From NCBI GenBank assembly GCA_963845535.1, contig CAWJSK010000019.1, forward strand, positions 128,001-192,000: DNA of 64,000 bases. Reading direction: 5' to 3'. The position numbers and the translations under genes were made by a program. Shown here one piece after another: positions 18,203 to 27,301 of this stretch (positions are counted from its first letter, which is position 1; every line of letters starts with the position of its first letter). The notes under the pieces are model-generated. The model did no database searches. It was not told the origin of the DNA and saw only the letters and a program-made list of their open reading frames with translations. Origin of the DNA: an uncultured Spirochaetota bacterium. GTDB taxonomy: Bacteria > Spirochaetota > Spirochaetia > SZUA-6 > Fen-1364.

Positions 18203-18595
18203 TTGGTAAAGAATCTCGCAGTTGCAACCGGTAAACGTAAGACTTCAATAGCGCGTGTGTTCCTTCGTGACGGTGCTGGAAAGATCACGGTGAATGACAA
18301 GACCATCGAAGAGTACTTCGCGGGACTTCCCACCGCGCAGAACGTCCTTGCCCCGCTGGATGTCACCAACAACACCGGCAAGTTCGACGTGCTGATCCGC
18401 GTGAGCGGCGGCGGCGTCTCCTCGCAGATCGAGGCGTGCCGGCACGGCATTGCGCGGGCCCTCAACACGTATGACGCGTCCAACCACGTGGCCCTGCGGG
18501 CAAACGGCTTCCTGACGCGTGACTCCCGCATGGTGGAGAGGAAGAAATACGGCCAGGCCGGTGCCAGAAGACGCTTCCAGTTCTCCAAGAGGTAG
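18203..18595 (+). CDS. rpsI: 30S ribosomal protein S9
   Basis: TGKRKTSIARV, GGGVSSQ, ERKKYG, FQFSKR; TTG start. Confidence 0.97.
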   Translation: MVKNLAVATGKRKTSIARVFLRDGAGKITVNDKTIEEYFAGLPTAQNVLAPLDVTNNTGKFDVLIRVSGGGVSSQIEACRHGIARALNTYDASNHVALRANGFLTRDSRMVERKKYGQAGARRRFQFSKR

Positions 18596-18632
18596 GGACC
18601 CAGCTTCTTCGTTTCCCGTAGTCTCGATAGAG

Positions 18633-19226
18633 TTGAAAGGGGCCGGCGGCGAGATGGTGCGCATCCATCGCGCTGACGGCTCCTTTTTTGTCATTCACGC
18701 GGAAGTCTTCGCCACCGAAGGCATACGGGCGGGTGACTCTCTGGATGAAGCGCGGGTCGAGGCGCTGAAAGAGCGTTCGGAAAGGATTGTTGCTCGGGGA
18801 TCCGCTCTCCGTTTCCTTTCACGCGCGGCGCAGACGCGCCGGGGGCTTTCACGAAAGCTCCTTGCGAAAGGTTTCAGCAAGGGCGCCGTGGCGTTTGCGG
18901 TCAATCGCATGATCGAGCTGGGCTACCTGGATGACCGGGCGTTTGCCGAGAGCTGGGCGCGGTTTCGCCTCTCCACGCGAAAGGAGGGGTGGAAATCCCT
19001 GTATCGAGGGCTCCTGCGCGGCGGCGTGCCTCGCGCCATTGCCGAGGAAGTCCTCGAGTCAGCCTGTCCGCACGAGGTGGAGATGGACCGCGCGCGGCTG
19101 CTTGTTCGCGGTCTTTCAGCGCGGACCGCCGTGAGCAAGCTCACCTCCCGGGGCTTTCGGTCGAGGGCGATTGCCCGAATACTGTCGGAAATGAAGCAGG
19201 AAGGCCGGCAAGGGATGGAGGAGTGA
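18633..19226 (+). CDS. recX: Regulatory protein RecX
   Basis: ALRFLSRAAQTRRGLSRKL, GYLDDRAFAESW, KLTSRGF; start uncertain (18633 TTG or 18654 ATG). Confidence 0.8.
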   Translation: MKGAGGEMVRIHRADGSFFVIHAEVFATEGIRAGDSLDEARVEALKERSERIVARGSALRFLSRAAQTRRGLSRKLLAKGFSKGAVAFAVNRMIELGYLDDRAFAESWARFRLSTRKEGWKSLYRGLLRGGVPRAIAEEVLESACPHEVEMDRARLLVRGLSARTAVSKLTSRGFRSRAIARILSEMKQEGRQGMEE

Positions 19227-19857
19227 AACCGAAGCTCTTCCGCACGACGAAACGAGGAAGATCGAAGATGCTGCCGGCGCTGTCGAGGATGACGGAGTCC
19301 GAGGAGGCCACCGTCCCGTTGAACGTCTTCAAGGGATAGTCAGCCGAATGTTCGAGAGCAACAACGGAGGGGACGGCAAGCGGTGCCAGCCGATTTCGGA
19401 CTTCATCCGCCATGAGGCCGGAGTAGGCGATGGGGGAGTCGAGGAATACCTCGACGCGTCCCGGCGAAAGCGAGCCGAGCGCCTCGATGATGGCGTCCAG
19501 CGCCCTGTCCGTCACGGCGGTCCGCCGGAAGCTGCCGTGCGTCGCGGAAGAGTCCCGCGTGACATCGTCATCGGAAAGAAAAAGCGGGAACCCCCGGAGG
19601 TAACTTTCGACGGTGATGAGCACGTTGTACCAGTCCATCCCCAGCGTCCGCCCGCGCAGGGCCTCGGGGGCAAGAAGCTTTTTTCTGCGAAGGGCGGCTG
19701 CTTCCCGCGGAACGACTCCCCGGAAAAGGGTATTGCGTTCGACGCGGGAGAGCCTATACTTATCAGCTACGAGCTTGAGAGAGGCTTTTTCCGGATAGCC
19801 TTTCTCACGGAGGAATCGGTAGTCATCAAGTGAAAGCAAAAAAATTTTCGTTGACAT
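19141..19857 (-). CDS. DUF434 domain protein (PIN-like fold suspected)
   Basis: DYRFLREKGYPEKASLKLVADKYRL, DWYNVLITVES, ADYPLK, ASSDSVILD. Confidence 0.75.
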   Translation of the reverse strand: MSTKIFLLSLDDYRFLREKGYPEKASLKLVADKYRLSRVERNTLFRGVVPREAAALRRKKLLAPEALRGRTLGMDWYNVLITVESYLRGFPLFLSDDDVTRDSSATHGSFRRTAVTDRALDAIIEALGSLSPGRVEVFLDSPIAYSGLMADEVRNRLAPLAVPSVVALEHSADYPLKTFNGTVASSDSVILDSAGSIFDLPRFVVRKSFGFTPPSLAGLPASFPTVFGQSPSTESPGR

Positions 19858-19878
19858 TATGGATATAATTGGTATACT
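19851..19878 (+). promoter_or_regulatory. Strong sigma70-like promoter in an AT-rich divergent region
   Basis: TTGACA-16-TATACT with a TG extension; additional TATAAT at 19864-19869. Confidence 0.6.
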
Positions 19879-19931
19879 AAATAATATAGAGAATTGACAA
19901 TTTGGCTTTGCATGGTGAAAGGATAGCAGAC

Positions 19932-20561
19932 GTGGGAAAAAAGGAAAAGAAGGTCCGCATTTTTTCGGCCCTGGAAGTTGCTGATATCTGTGGGGTCGTC
20001 AACCAGACTGCAATCAATTGGATCAAGAACGGCTTCTTGAAAGCCTTTATGACTCCCGGCGGTCAATATCGCGTGTATGCGGAGGACCTCCTCGCGTTCC
20101 TGTCCTCACGGGGGATGAGAGTTCCCGAGGAGCTGCAGGAAGGGGATGAGAGCTCGGCCGACTGGCGGCGAATCCTCATCGTGGATGATGATGAGAACAT
20201 CAACACCCTCCTCAAGAGGTTCCTCTCGCGCCGGCTGCCATCGTATACAATCATGCAGGCGTTCGACGGGTTCGAGGCCGGCAAGCAGATCTCAGAAATG
20301 AAGCCAGGCGTGATCCTTCTGGACATCAGCCTGCCCGGCATTGACGGGCACAAACTGTGCAGGCGCATCAAGGAGGACCCCGTCCTGGGCTCTCCCGTCA
20401 TCATTGCCATCACGGGGTTGACCGACTCGACACTGGAAAAGACGATACTCGGGGAAGGGGCGGATGCTTACTATGCGAAACCGCTGGACTTCGAGAAACT
20501 GTGCGCGCGCATAGAGGAGTTGACCGCTTCGCGGATCCCCGCAGGCGACACGCATGGCTGA
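19932..20561 (+). CDS. Response regulator with an N-terminal excisionase/MerR-like HTH
   Basis: FSALEVADICGV...TPGGQYRV HTH; ILIVDDD, LLDISLPG, AKP receiver domain. Confidence 0.88.
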   Translation: MGKKEKKVRIFSALEVADICGVVNQTAINWIKNGFLKAFMTPGGQYRVYAEDLLAFLSSRGMRVPEELQEGDESSADWRRILIVDDDENINTLLKRFLSRRLPSYTIMQAFDGFEAGKQISEMKPGVILLDISLPGIDGHKLCRRIKEDPVLGSPVIIAITGLTDSTLEKTILGEGADAYYAKPLDFEKLCARIEELTASRIPAGDTHG

Positions 20562-20943
20562 GAAGCCCTTGATCCTTGTGGTCGAGGATGAGGACTCCAT
20601 TCGCCTTACGCTTCGGGACTTCCTGAAAAAGAGGGGGCACGACGTGCTGGTGGCCTCGGACGGCGTCGGGGCCATCAAGCAGATCCTCGACCACGCGGTG
20701 GACCTCGTCGTCACCGACTACCGCATGGACATCCTGGGCGGAGATTATTGGATCAGGTTCCTGCGCACGTTCTGCCGGGACAAGAAGGTGATCATCACGA
20801 GCGGCTTCCTCCAGCCCGAGTTCCCCATCCCCTTCCCCGTCGTCTACAAGCCCTACGATTATTCCGACCTCGAAGCCCTCATCAGGAAAACGCTTTCGGA
20901 GCCACCCTCTTCCGCGGAGAGCGCGCGTGGCGGCTCCGGATGA
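20554..20943 (+). CDS. Single-domain response regulator
   Basis: ILVVEDE, VVTDYRM, ITSG, YKPY. Confidence 0.85.
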   Translation: MAEKPLILVVEDEDSIRLTLRDFLKKRGHDVLVASDGVGAIKQILDHAVDLVVTDYRMDILGGDYWIRFLRTFCRDKKVIITSGFLQPEFPIPFPVVYKPYDYSDLEALIRKTLSEPPSSAESARGGSG

Positions 20944-21217
20944 AAAGCGCGCCCTGCGCGCCCTCGTTCACGGCCGCGTGCAGGGAGTCGGCTTCCGCTG
21001 GTCCGCCGTTCGGGAAGCCCGTTCCCTCGGCCTGAGCGGGTTGGTGGCCAACCGGCCGGACGGCACCGTGGAAGTGATCGCAGAAGGGGACCCGGCCCGA
21101 CTTGCCAGGCTCGTCAACTGGCTGGAGAAGGGACCGCCGGGGGCCCGCGTCTCCAGCGTCGACGTGGAGTGGCTGCCCTGGTCGGGCGCCTACAACGGGT
21201 TCGGCGTGGACTTCTAG
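20927..21217 (+). CDS. acyP: Acylphosphatase
   Basis: VHGRVQGVGFR, NRPDGTVEV, GPPGARV. Confidence 0.92.
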   Translation: MAAPDEKRALRALVHGRVQGVGFRWSAVREARSLGLSGLVANRPDGTVEVIAEGDPARLARLVNWLEKGPPGARVSSVDVEWLPWSGAYNGFGVDF

Positions 21218-21293
21218 CCACCGTATCTGATACTCTCCGTTGACCAACCGACAAGCGCGGTCCATACCGCGCGCAAGAGCGAGGAGCAGATAC

Positions 21294-23126
21294 ATGTGCG
21301 GAATCTTCGGCTACGCGGGAGAAGGGGCCAACCCCGAGGCGCTGATCGAGGGGATCAAACGCCTGGAGTATCGCGGCTACGATTCCTGGGGCGTGTGCGT
21401 GGCGTGTGATGACCACCTCTCGCTGCTGCGGCGCGTGGGGAGGATCGGCGGCGTCGACGCCTCCGGGCTCGGCCTCGGCGGCGGCGGATCCTGCGTATCG
21501 GGGATCGCGCATACGCGCTGGGCCACTCACGGCGCTCCCACGGAAGCCAATGCGCATCCGCACGTGGATTGCGCGGGCAGGATCGCCGTGATCCACAACG
21601 GCATCATCGAGAATCACGCCTCACTTCGCGCCACGCTCCAGGGCCAGGGCCACGTCTTTGCCAGCGAAACAGACACCGAGGTGATACCGCACCTGATCGA
21701 GGAGTTTCTGAAATCCGAGCCCAGTTTCTCCGCTGCCTTCCTGGGGGCAATGAAGCTGCTGGTGGGAGCATACGGCATCGCCGCCGCGTACGCCGGGGAG
21801 CCGGAAACAATCTTCGTGGCGCGGCACGGGAGCCCCATCGTGCTGGGGCTCGGCAAGAACAAGACGCTCGTTGCAAGTGATCCGGCGCCGCTGGTGGCGC
21901 ATACGCGGGACGTCATCTACCTGGATGACGGAGAAATCGCGCTTCTGCACGGGGACGGGTTCGAGACCAAGACGCTGGAAGGAACCTCGGTCAGCAAGAG
22001 CGTCCAGCAGATTGCCTTCAGCCTTCCCGACATCGAGCGCGGCGGATTCCCGCACTTCATGCTCAAGGAGATAACCGAACAGCCTGAATCCATCCGCAAC
22101 GCGTTCCGGGGCAGGATCGTGCGCGCCGAAGGGACCGCCAAGCTGGGCGGCGTGGATGAGGCGCTCCTGCGCCGCGTGAAACGATGCCACATCGTGGCGT
22201 GCGGCACGTCGTGGCACGCCGGGCTCATTGGCAAGTATCTCCTGGAAACGCTTGCCCGGATTCCCACGCAGGTCTCCTTCGGTTCGGAGTTCCGCTACGC
22301 GCACCCGGTGCTGGAGCCGGATACTCTTGTCATTGCCATAAGCCAGTCCGGGGAGACGGTGGACACGCTTGCGGGGATACGGGAAGCAAAGCTCATCGGT
22401 GCGGAGACGATCGGAGTCTGCAACGTGGTCGGGTCGAGCATTGCCCGGGAATGCGGGCAGGGAATCTACATCCACGCCGGGCCGGAGATCGGTGTCGCTT
22501 CCACGAAAGCCTTCACGAGCCAGCTCGTGGTCCTGAGCCTCCTGGCGGTCCACCTGGGCCGTATGAGGGGCCTGTCCCTGCGCGCCGGCCTGCTTTTCCT
22601 GGACGCCCTGGAGAAGCTCCCTGACCAGGCCCAGGCGCTGATTGGACAGAAGGACCGCATCAAGGAGATTGCAGTTCGTTACTCGGGGAATGAGGACTTC
22701 CTTTATATTGGCAGGCTGTTCGAATATCCGACGGCGCTGGAGGGCGCCCTGAAGTTGAAGGAAATCTCATATATCCACGCGGAGGGGGTCCAGGCCGCGG
22801 AGATGAAGCACGGCCCCATAGCGTTGATCGATCCGTCGGTGCCCACCGTGGTGCTCGCGGCGCAGACGGAGATCCGTGACAAGATGCTGGGGAACATCCA
22901 CGAGGTGCGCGCCCGGGCGGGCCGTATCATCGTGGTGGCGCAGGAAGGGGACGGCGAGGTTGCCTCCCTGGCGGATGACGTCATTTTCATCCCGCGCACC
23001 CTTGATCCCCTGGTTCCCATCCTCGCGGTCATCCCGCTCCAGCTCTTTGCGTATTTCATTGCGGTGGCGCGCGGGTGCGACGTTGACAAGCCCCGGAACC
23101 TGGCCAAGAGCGTCACGGTGGAGTAG
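21294..23126 (+). CDS. glmS: Glutamine-fructose-6-phosphate aminotransferase
   Basis: MCGIFGY, HTRWATHG, SQSGET, EMKHGP, PRNLAKSVTVE. Confidence 0.97.
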   Translation: MCGIFGYAGEGANPEALIEGIKRLEYRGYDSWGVCVACDDHLSLLRRVGRIGGVDASGLGLGGGGSCVSGIAHTRWATHGAPTEANAHPHVDCAGRIAVIHNGIIENHASLRATLQGQGHVFASETDTEVIPHLIEEFLKSEPSFSAAFLGAMKLLVGAYGIAAAYAGEPETIFVARHGSPIVLGLGKNKTLVASDPAPLVAHTRDVIYLDDGEIALLHGDGFETKTLEGTSVSKSVQQIAFSLPDIERGGFPHFMLKEITEQPESIRNAFRGRIVRAEGTAKLGGVDEALLRRVKRCHIVACGTSWHAGLIGKYLLETLARIPTQVSFGSEFRYAHPVLEPDTLVIAISQSGETVDTLAGIREAKLIGAETIGVCNVVGSSIARECGQGIYIHAGPEIGVASTKAFTSQLVVLSLLAVHLGRMRGLSLRAGLLFLDALEKLPDQAQALIGQKDRIKEIAVRYSGNEDFLYIGRLFEYPTALEGALKLKEISYIHAEGVQAAEMKHGPIALIDPSVPTVVLAAQTEIRDKMLGNIHEVRARAGRIIVVAQEGDGEVASLADDVIFIPRTLDPLVPILAVIPLQLFAYFIAVARGCDVDKPRNLAKSVTVE

Positions 23127-23135
23127 GGGGCGCCA

Positions 23136-24386
23136 ATGGACAACGCGGCAACCGCGGTGAGGATTGTTCTCTTCGAGGATCACCTCCTTTCGGACATGAA
23201 TCCCATTGCCTTGACCCGTCCGGCGTTCGCCGTGACCTGCGCGTGCTCAAGGCTGTACGACATTGCCGCGGAGGCAGGCGGGGCGCCTCCGGCGTGGGTG
23301 GTCCGCGGCTATCTCGGCAAGCTGGCGGCGCGCGCTTTTCCCGCCAGCCCCATGGGGGACGGGCCGAAGTTTTTCCTCAACGCCTCCATCGTCCCTGACG
23401 TGCGCTACGGCGCAAAGTTCCGGGAGCTGGCCTGCGCGGGACGTCCGTTCGTAGCCACCGCCGGCGCCCGCGTGTCCGCCGCCTTCCTCCCTGCGGGCAC
23501 GCCGGTCCCGCAACCCCTGAAGCCGGACGACGTCACGCCGTGGCTCCTCGAGCTGAAGCTTCCGCTCCATGAGGAGGAGCTTTTTCGAACATTCGATCAC
23601 CAGTTCGAGGTGGTCAAGCTGCTGGAGCCTCTGTTTGCGTCCAACCTCCAGCATCGCCTCCAGGCGGGAGGCTATCGGGAGATGAAGCCCGGGGTCTTTG
23701 CCGCGGACAACGTCCAGATCGCCGAAAGCGCGGTCTTTCACACCGCGTCGGGTCCCGTGGTGCTGGAGAAGGACGTGGAGATCAGGGACTTCGCATATTT
23801 CGAAGGACCCGTGCACGTCGGCGCGCGCTCGCGAATCATAGAGAGGGCGTCGCTGAAGGAGCATGTATGCGTCGGTGAGACCTGCAAGATCGGGGGCGAG
23901 GTGGAGGCGAGCATCGTCGAGAGCTACACGAACAAGCAGCACCACGGTTTTCTGGGCCACTCGTACGTCGGGTCGTGGGTCAACCTCGGGGCCGGCACGA
24001 GCAACAGCGACCTGAAGAACACCTACGGCGAAGTGCGCCTGGAGTATCCCCACCGGCGCGTCGACACGGGAATGCAGTTCCTGGGATGCATCATCGGCGA
24101 CTACGCCAAGAGCGCAATCAATACGAGCATCTTTACCGGCAAGATAGTCGGCGTTTCCAGCATGCTGTACGGATTCGTCGGCTCCAACGTGCCCAGCTTC
24201 TGCAACTACGCCCGCGCCTTCGGCCAGATCACGGAGTGCCCCGTTGACCAGGCTATCCTCATCCAGAAGAGGATGTTCGAGCGCCGGGGGATAGCCCAGA
24301 CCCCGGATGACGCGGAGCTGCTGCGCACCGTGTTCGAGCTGACGCGCGGGGAGCGGCTGATAACGGACGAGCCCCCGGCGCTGTAA
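23136..24386 (+). CDS. GlmU-related sugar nucleotidyl/acetyltransferase with a left-handed beta-helix
   Basis: Follows glmS; IGGEVEAS, NKQHHGFLGHSYVGSWVNLGAGTSNSDLKNTY hexapeptide region. Confidence 0.82.
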   Translation: MDNAATAVRIVLFEDHLLSDMNPIALTRPAFAVTCACSRLYDIAAEAGGAPPAWVVRGYLGKLAARAFPASPMGDGPKFFLNASIVPDVRYGAKFRELACAGRPFVATAGARVSAAFLPAGTPVPQPLKPDDVTPWLLELKLPLHEEELFRTFDHQFEVVKLLEPLFASNLQHRLQAGGYREMKPGVFAADNVQIAESAVFHTASGPVVLEKDVEIRDFAYFEGPVHVGARSRIIERASLKEHVCVGETCKIGGEVEASIVESYTNKQHHGFLGHSYVGSWVNLGAGTSNSDLKNTYGEVRLEYPHRRVDTGMQFLGCIIGDYAKSAINTSIFTGKIVGVSSMLYGFVGSNVPSFCNYARAFGQITECPVDQAILIQKRMFERRGIAQTPDDAELLRTVFELTRGERLITDEPPAL

Positions 24387-24388
24387 CG

Positions 24389-24420
24389 GCCTGATCTGCC
24401 TGATCTGCCTGATCCGCCTG
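24389..24420. repeat. 9-bp tandem repeat (GCCTGATCT, about 3.5 copies)
   Basis: gcctgatct gcctgatct gcctgatcc gcctg just after the stop codon. Confidence 0.85.
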
Positions 24421-24489
24421 CCACGCGGTAGACCGCCCGGAAGCAACGGGCGGTCTCTGCGCCGAAGGCTCCGACCCATGAGGCGCGGA

Positions 24490-24546
24490 CATAGCGAAAA
24501 CGTCGAAACTGGCAAATAACTTTCCACTTTCGACGTTTTCGCGATG
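24490..24546. repeat. Long inverted repeat with 15-bp perfect arms
   Basis: GCGAAAACGTCGAAA(24494-24508) ... TTTCGACGTTTTCGC(24528-24542). Confidence 0.85.
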
Positions 24547-24778
24547 GCCGGGTACGTCGGCTTCTTTTTCCCGTCCTTATTGTCCTGGCCGGCCCAAAAG
24601 AGCCCTGTACAGCTCGTCTGGGGAGGGGTACAATCATGACGCGCGCGGTGCCAGCCACGAGCGCGCTCCCGCGGGCCATGCACATCAGGGGTTCTACCGG
24701 ACAACCTCACGGGCACTACGCGCTTTCCACTGGTCATCGACGCGTGACGGGCGCTCGTGCGCGCCAGGGGGTGGTAAA

Positions 24779-25021
24779 ATGCGTGATGCGAACAAGGTGC
24801 AGGACGAAATCCTCAAAGTCATCAATGACGACCCGACAATCGAGGGAGCGACCCACATCTTCGTGAGCGTGGAGAAAAAGGGCGTATGGCCCCGCGCAAA
24901 AGAAGTGGTGGTTCTCAAGGGGAAAGTCCGCTCGGACAGCGACCGGACAAAGGCGGAGAAAGCCGCCGCCCTTCACGCCGCCGGGCGCGAGATCATCAAC
25001 AGTATTGACGTGCGCGCGTGA
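24779..25021 (+). CDS. BON domain protein
   Basis: VVVLKGKVRSDSDRTKAEKAA...IINSIDV. Confidence 0.7.
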   Translation: MRDANKVQDEILKVINDDPTIEGATHIFVSVEKKGVWPRAKEVVVLKGKVRSDSDRTKAEKAAALHAAGREIINSIDVRA

Positions 25022-25041
25022 GGCTTGTGCTACGCCCCGGC

Positions 25042-25455
25042 CTACGCCCGCGGCGGGTTGGGCTTTCGCGGGTAGGCCTTGACGGCAGAGTACACGAACC
25101 GCGCCAGCGCAGGGTCGATTTTCGATGATTCCTTTTTGAAGAGCTTGGCCACAGCATCCCGGCCGAACTCGCCGTCCGCAATAATGACGGGGGTCATTTT
25201 TGCGTGTCCGGGAACCTCGCCCGAATCGATCCTGCTGTGCTGGAAGCCGTGCTCCCGGGTCCAGGAAAGCGCCCGCTCTTTGCCCGTCTTGTCGTAGCAG
25301 AGCTGAAAGCCCTTGAGCGCCGCCAAGGCCCCGGGCGCGGCGTCGGGCGGAGACGGATTATCGTACCAGACGATCAGGTCGAAATCATCGTCCGCGAACC
25401 ACCTGCGAAATCCTTCCGCGGGGATTTGACGGGCTCCTCGAATCTCAGCCAACAT
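25042..25455 (-). CDS. Conserved hypothetical protein
   Basis: RRWFADDDFDLIVWY, GFQLCYDK, KMTPVIIADG; extended -10 TGcTATAAT upstream. Confidence 0.7.
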   Translation of the reverse strand: MLAEIRGARQIPAEGFRRWFADDDFDLIVWYDNPSPPDAAPGALAALKGFQLCYDKTGKERALSWTREHGFQHSRIDSGEVPGHAKMTPVIIADGEFGRDAVAKLFKKESSKIDPALARFVYSAVKAYPRKPNPPRA

Positions 25456-25488
25456 TTCTGTCGCATCCTTCAGCAGTATATTATAGCA

Positions 25489-26033
25489 TTGACTCAGGAA
25501 GATCACATCGAGCTGCTCAGGGACGGGGTAAAGACGGGCGGCGGTTTCTGGGCGGACCTGGGATCAGGCACGGGCGCTTTCACGATGGCGCTGGCAACGC
25601 TGCTTGGCGGGGAAGGGAGGATACTGTCCGTGGACAGGGACGCCGGGGCGCTCGCCGAGCAGGAGCGCGCCATGCGCGCCCGGTTTCCCCGTCTTGAGCT
25701 GCGGACGGCTGTGCGCGATTTCACGACGCTCTCCGGCATCTCAGGCCTGGACGGGATCATCATGGCCAACTCCCTCCATTTCCAGAGCAGCGCTGAAGAG
25801 GTTCTGAGACGCGCCTGGGAATGGCTCACGCCGGGGGAAACCTCGTGATCGTCGAATACGAGGTCGAGCTGCCCAGCCCGTGGGTCCCATTTCCGGTGCC
25901 TTACCGGCGCCTTGCCGAGATGACGGATGCTGCCGGCCTTGGCCCGGCGCGCCTCCTGGCAAAAAGGCCCAGCCGCTACCACGGGCAGGTCTATTCCGCG
26001 CTCATGCAGAAGCCTGGGGCGGATTCAGCGTGA
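25489..26033 (+). CDS. Class I SAM-dependent methyltransferase (frameshift in the G5 run 25833-25837)
   Basis: WADLGSGTG, SVDRD, MANSLHF; continues in the next frame as GGNLVIVEYE...WVPFPV. Confidence 0.8.
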
Positions 26034-26086
26034 CGGCTCGGCGGCGGAGCCGGGAAGCTGCGACCCGCCGGTCACCGACCCGCCAG

Positions 26087-27241
26087 TCAGTCGACGCGTT
26101 GGTCGAGGGGGATCCAGGGACGCGGCGCGGGCCCCCGGTAGAGGCTTTCGGGACGGTAGATGCGGTTGTCCTTGCGCTGCTCGAGCACGTGGGCGAGCCA
26201 CCCCGCCACGCGGGACATCGCAAAAATGGGAGTGAAAAGGATCCTCGGGAGCCCGAGCATCGTATACACCGCGCCGGAGAAGAAGTCCACGTTCGGATAG
26301 ATCGGCTTCCCTTTCTCTTCCATGCGCTCGCGGAACTGCTTCTCGATCTCCTTGAGGATGTCGTAGTAGCGCGAGTCGGCTTTCTTTTCCGCGAGCTCCT
26401 TCAGGAACTCCTCCATCACGAAAGATCGGGGGTCCTTCACCTTGTATTCCCGATGTCCCATTCCCATGACTTTGCGCTTTTCCGCAAGCGCCCTGTCCAG
26501 CCACGGGCCCACGCGGTCTTTCGAGCCGATCTCCTCCACCATCTCCATGACGCGCTCGTTTGCCCCTCCATGGAGAGACCCGTACAGGGCGCCCATGGCC
26601 GCGGAGATGCTGCAGTAGCAGGTGGAAAGCGTGGAGGCCACCACACGGGCGGTGAACGTGGAGGCGTTGAACTCATGCTCGGCGTGCAGGAGGAGGCACG
26701 TGTCCATGATCCGGCCTTCGTAATCTTCCGGTTCCCTGCCCCGCACCATGTAGAGGAAGTTCGCGCCATGGGAGCGGTCCGCCAGGGGAGGGACGTAGTG
26801 CTGGTTCTCCCGGTACCTCTGGTACGCCGCCACGACGCTCGCGGTCTGAACCACCTGGTGGAGCGTGTCACGGCAGTCGCACGTGGCGGAATGCTGGATG
26901 CGGTGCTCGATGTAGCTCGACATGTAGGCCATGACGGACTGGAGAAGCTGCATGGGGTGGGCGCTCACGGGGAAAGCGCGGATCATCTCACGGATCTGCG
27001 TGGGAATGTCCCTGCTTGCCCGCATCCGCGTGCGCCACGCCGCAAGCTCCGGCTTGGCAGGGAGCCGCTCGTACAGGAGGAGGTAGACGACCTCTTCGTA
27101 GTCGGAGTGGGCCGCAAGGTCCTCGATGGAGTACCCACGATAATAGAGCTTGCCCTTCTGGCCGTCGATGCGGGAAATGGCCGTCTCATCCGCAATGATT
27201 CCTTCGAGACCTCGTGAATACGTTCCGGTGTCAACGCTCAT
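26087..27241 (-). CDS. gltA: Citrate synthase (type I / 2-methylcitrate synthase family)
   Basis: GLEGIIA, HAEHEFNAST, LHGGANE, GMGHR, YPNVDF. Confidence 0.92.
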   Translation of the reverse strand: MSVDTGTYSRGLEGIIADETAISRIDGQKGKLYYRGYSIEDLAAHSDYEEVVYLLLYERLPAKPELAAWRTRMRASRDIPTQIREMIRAFPVSAHPMQLLQSVMAYMSSYIEHRIQHSATCDCRDTLHQVVQTASVVAAYQRYRENQHYVPPLADRSHGANFLYMVRGREPEDYEGRIMDTCLLLHAEHEFNASTFTARVVASTLSTCYCSISAAMGALYGSLHGGANERVMEMVEEIGSKDRVGPWLDRALAEKRKVMGMGHREYKVKDPRSFVMEEFLKELAEKKADSRYYDILKEIEKQFRERMEEKGKPIYPNVDFFSGAVYTMLGLPRILFTPIFAMSRVAGWLAHVLEQRKDNRIYRPESLYRGPAPRPWIPLDQRVD

Positions 27242-27301
27242 GCTGCGTCCCTTTCATTCCACTTCAATGGTCACTCCTCCGCGGGGCCATGGCCTGACCC
27301 C

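Noticed and set aside
19141..19226. 86-bp convergent overlap of recX and the DUF434 gene
   Set aside because: The overlapping tails are low-information extensions, common in GC-rich genomes
21218..21293. glmS ribozyme upstream of glmS
   Set aside because: The spacer is only about 75 nt and lacks the conserved ribozyme core
24389..24420. 9-bp tandem repeat as a functional element
   Set aside because: A short intergenic microsatellite-like slippage with no further support; listed only as a feature
24509..24527. sigma54 promoter or integron attC inside the long palindrome
   Set aside because: TGGCA is followed by TTTC rather than TTGC at -12; there are no RYYYAAC/GTTRRRY ends and no integrase nearby
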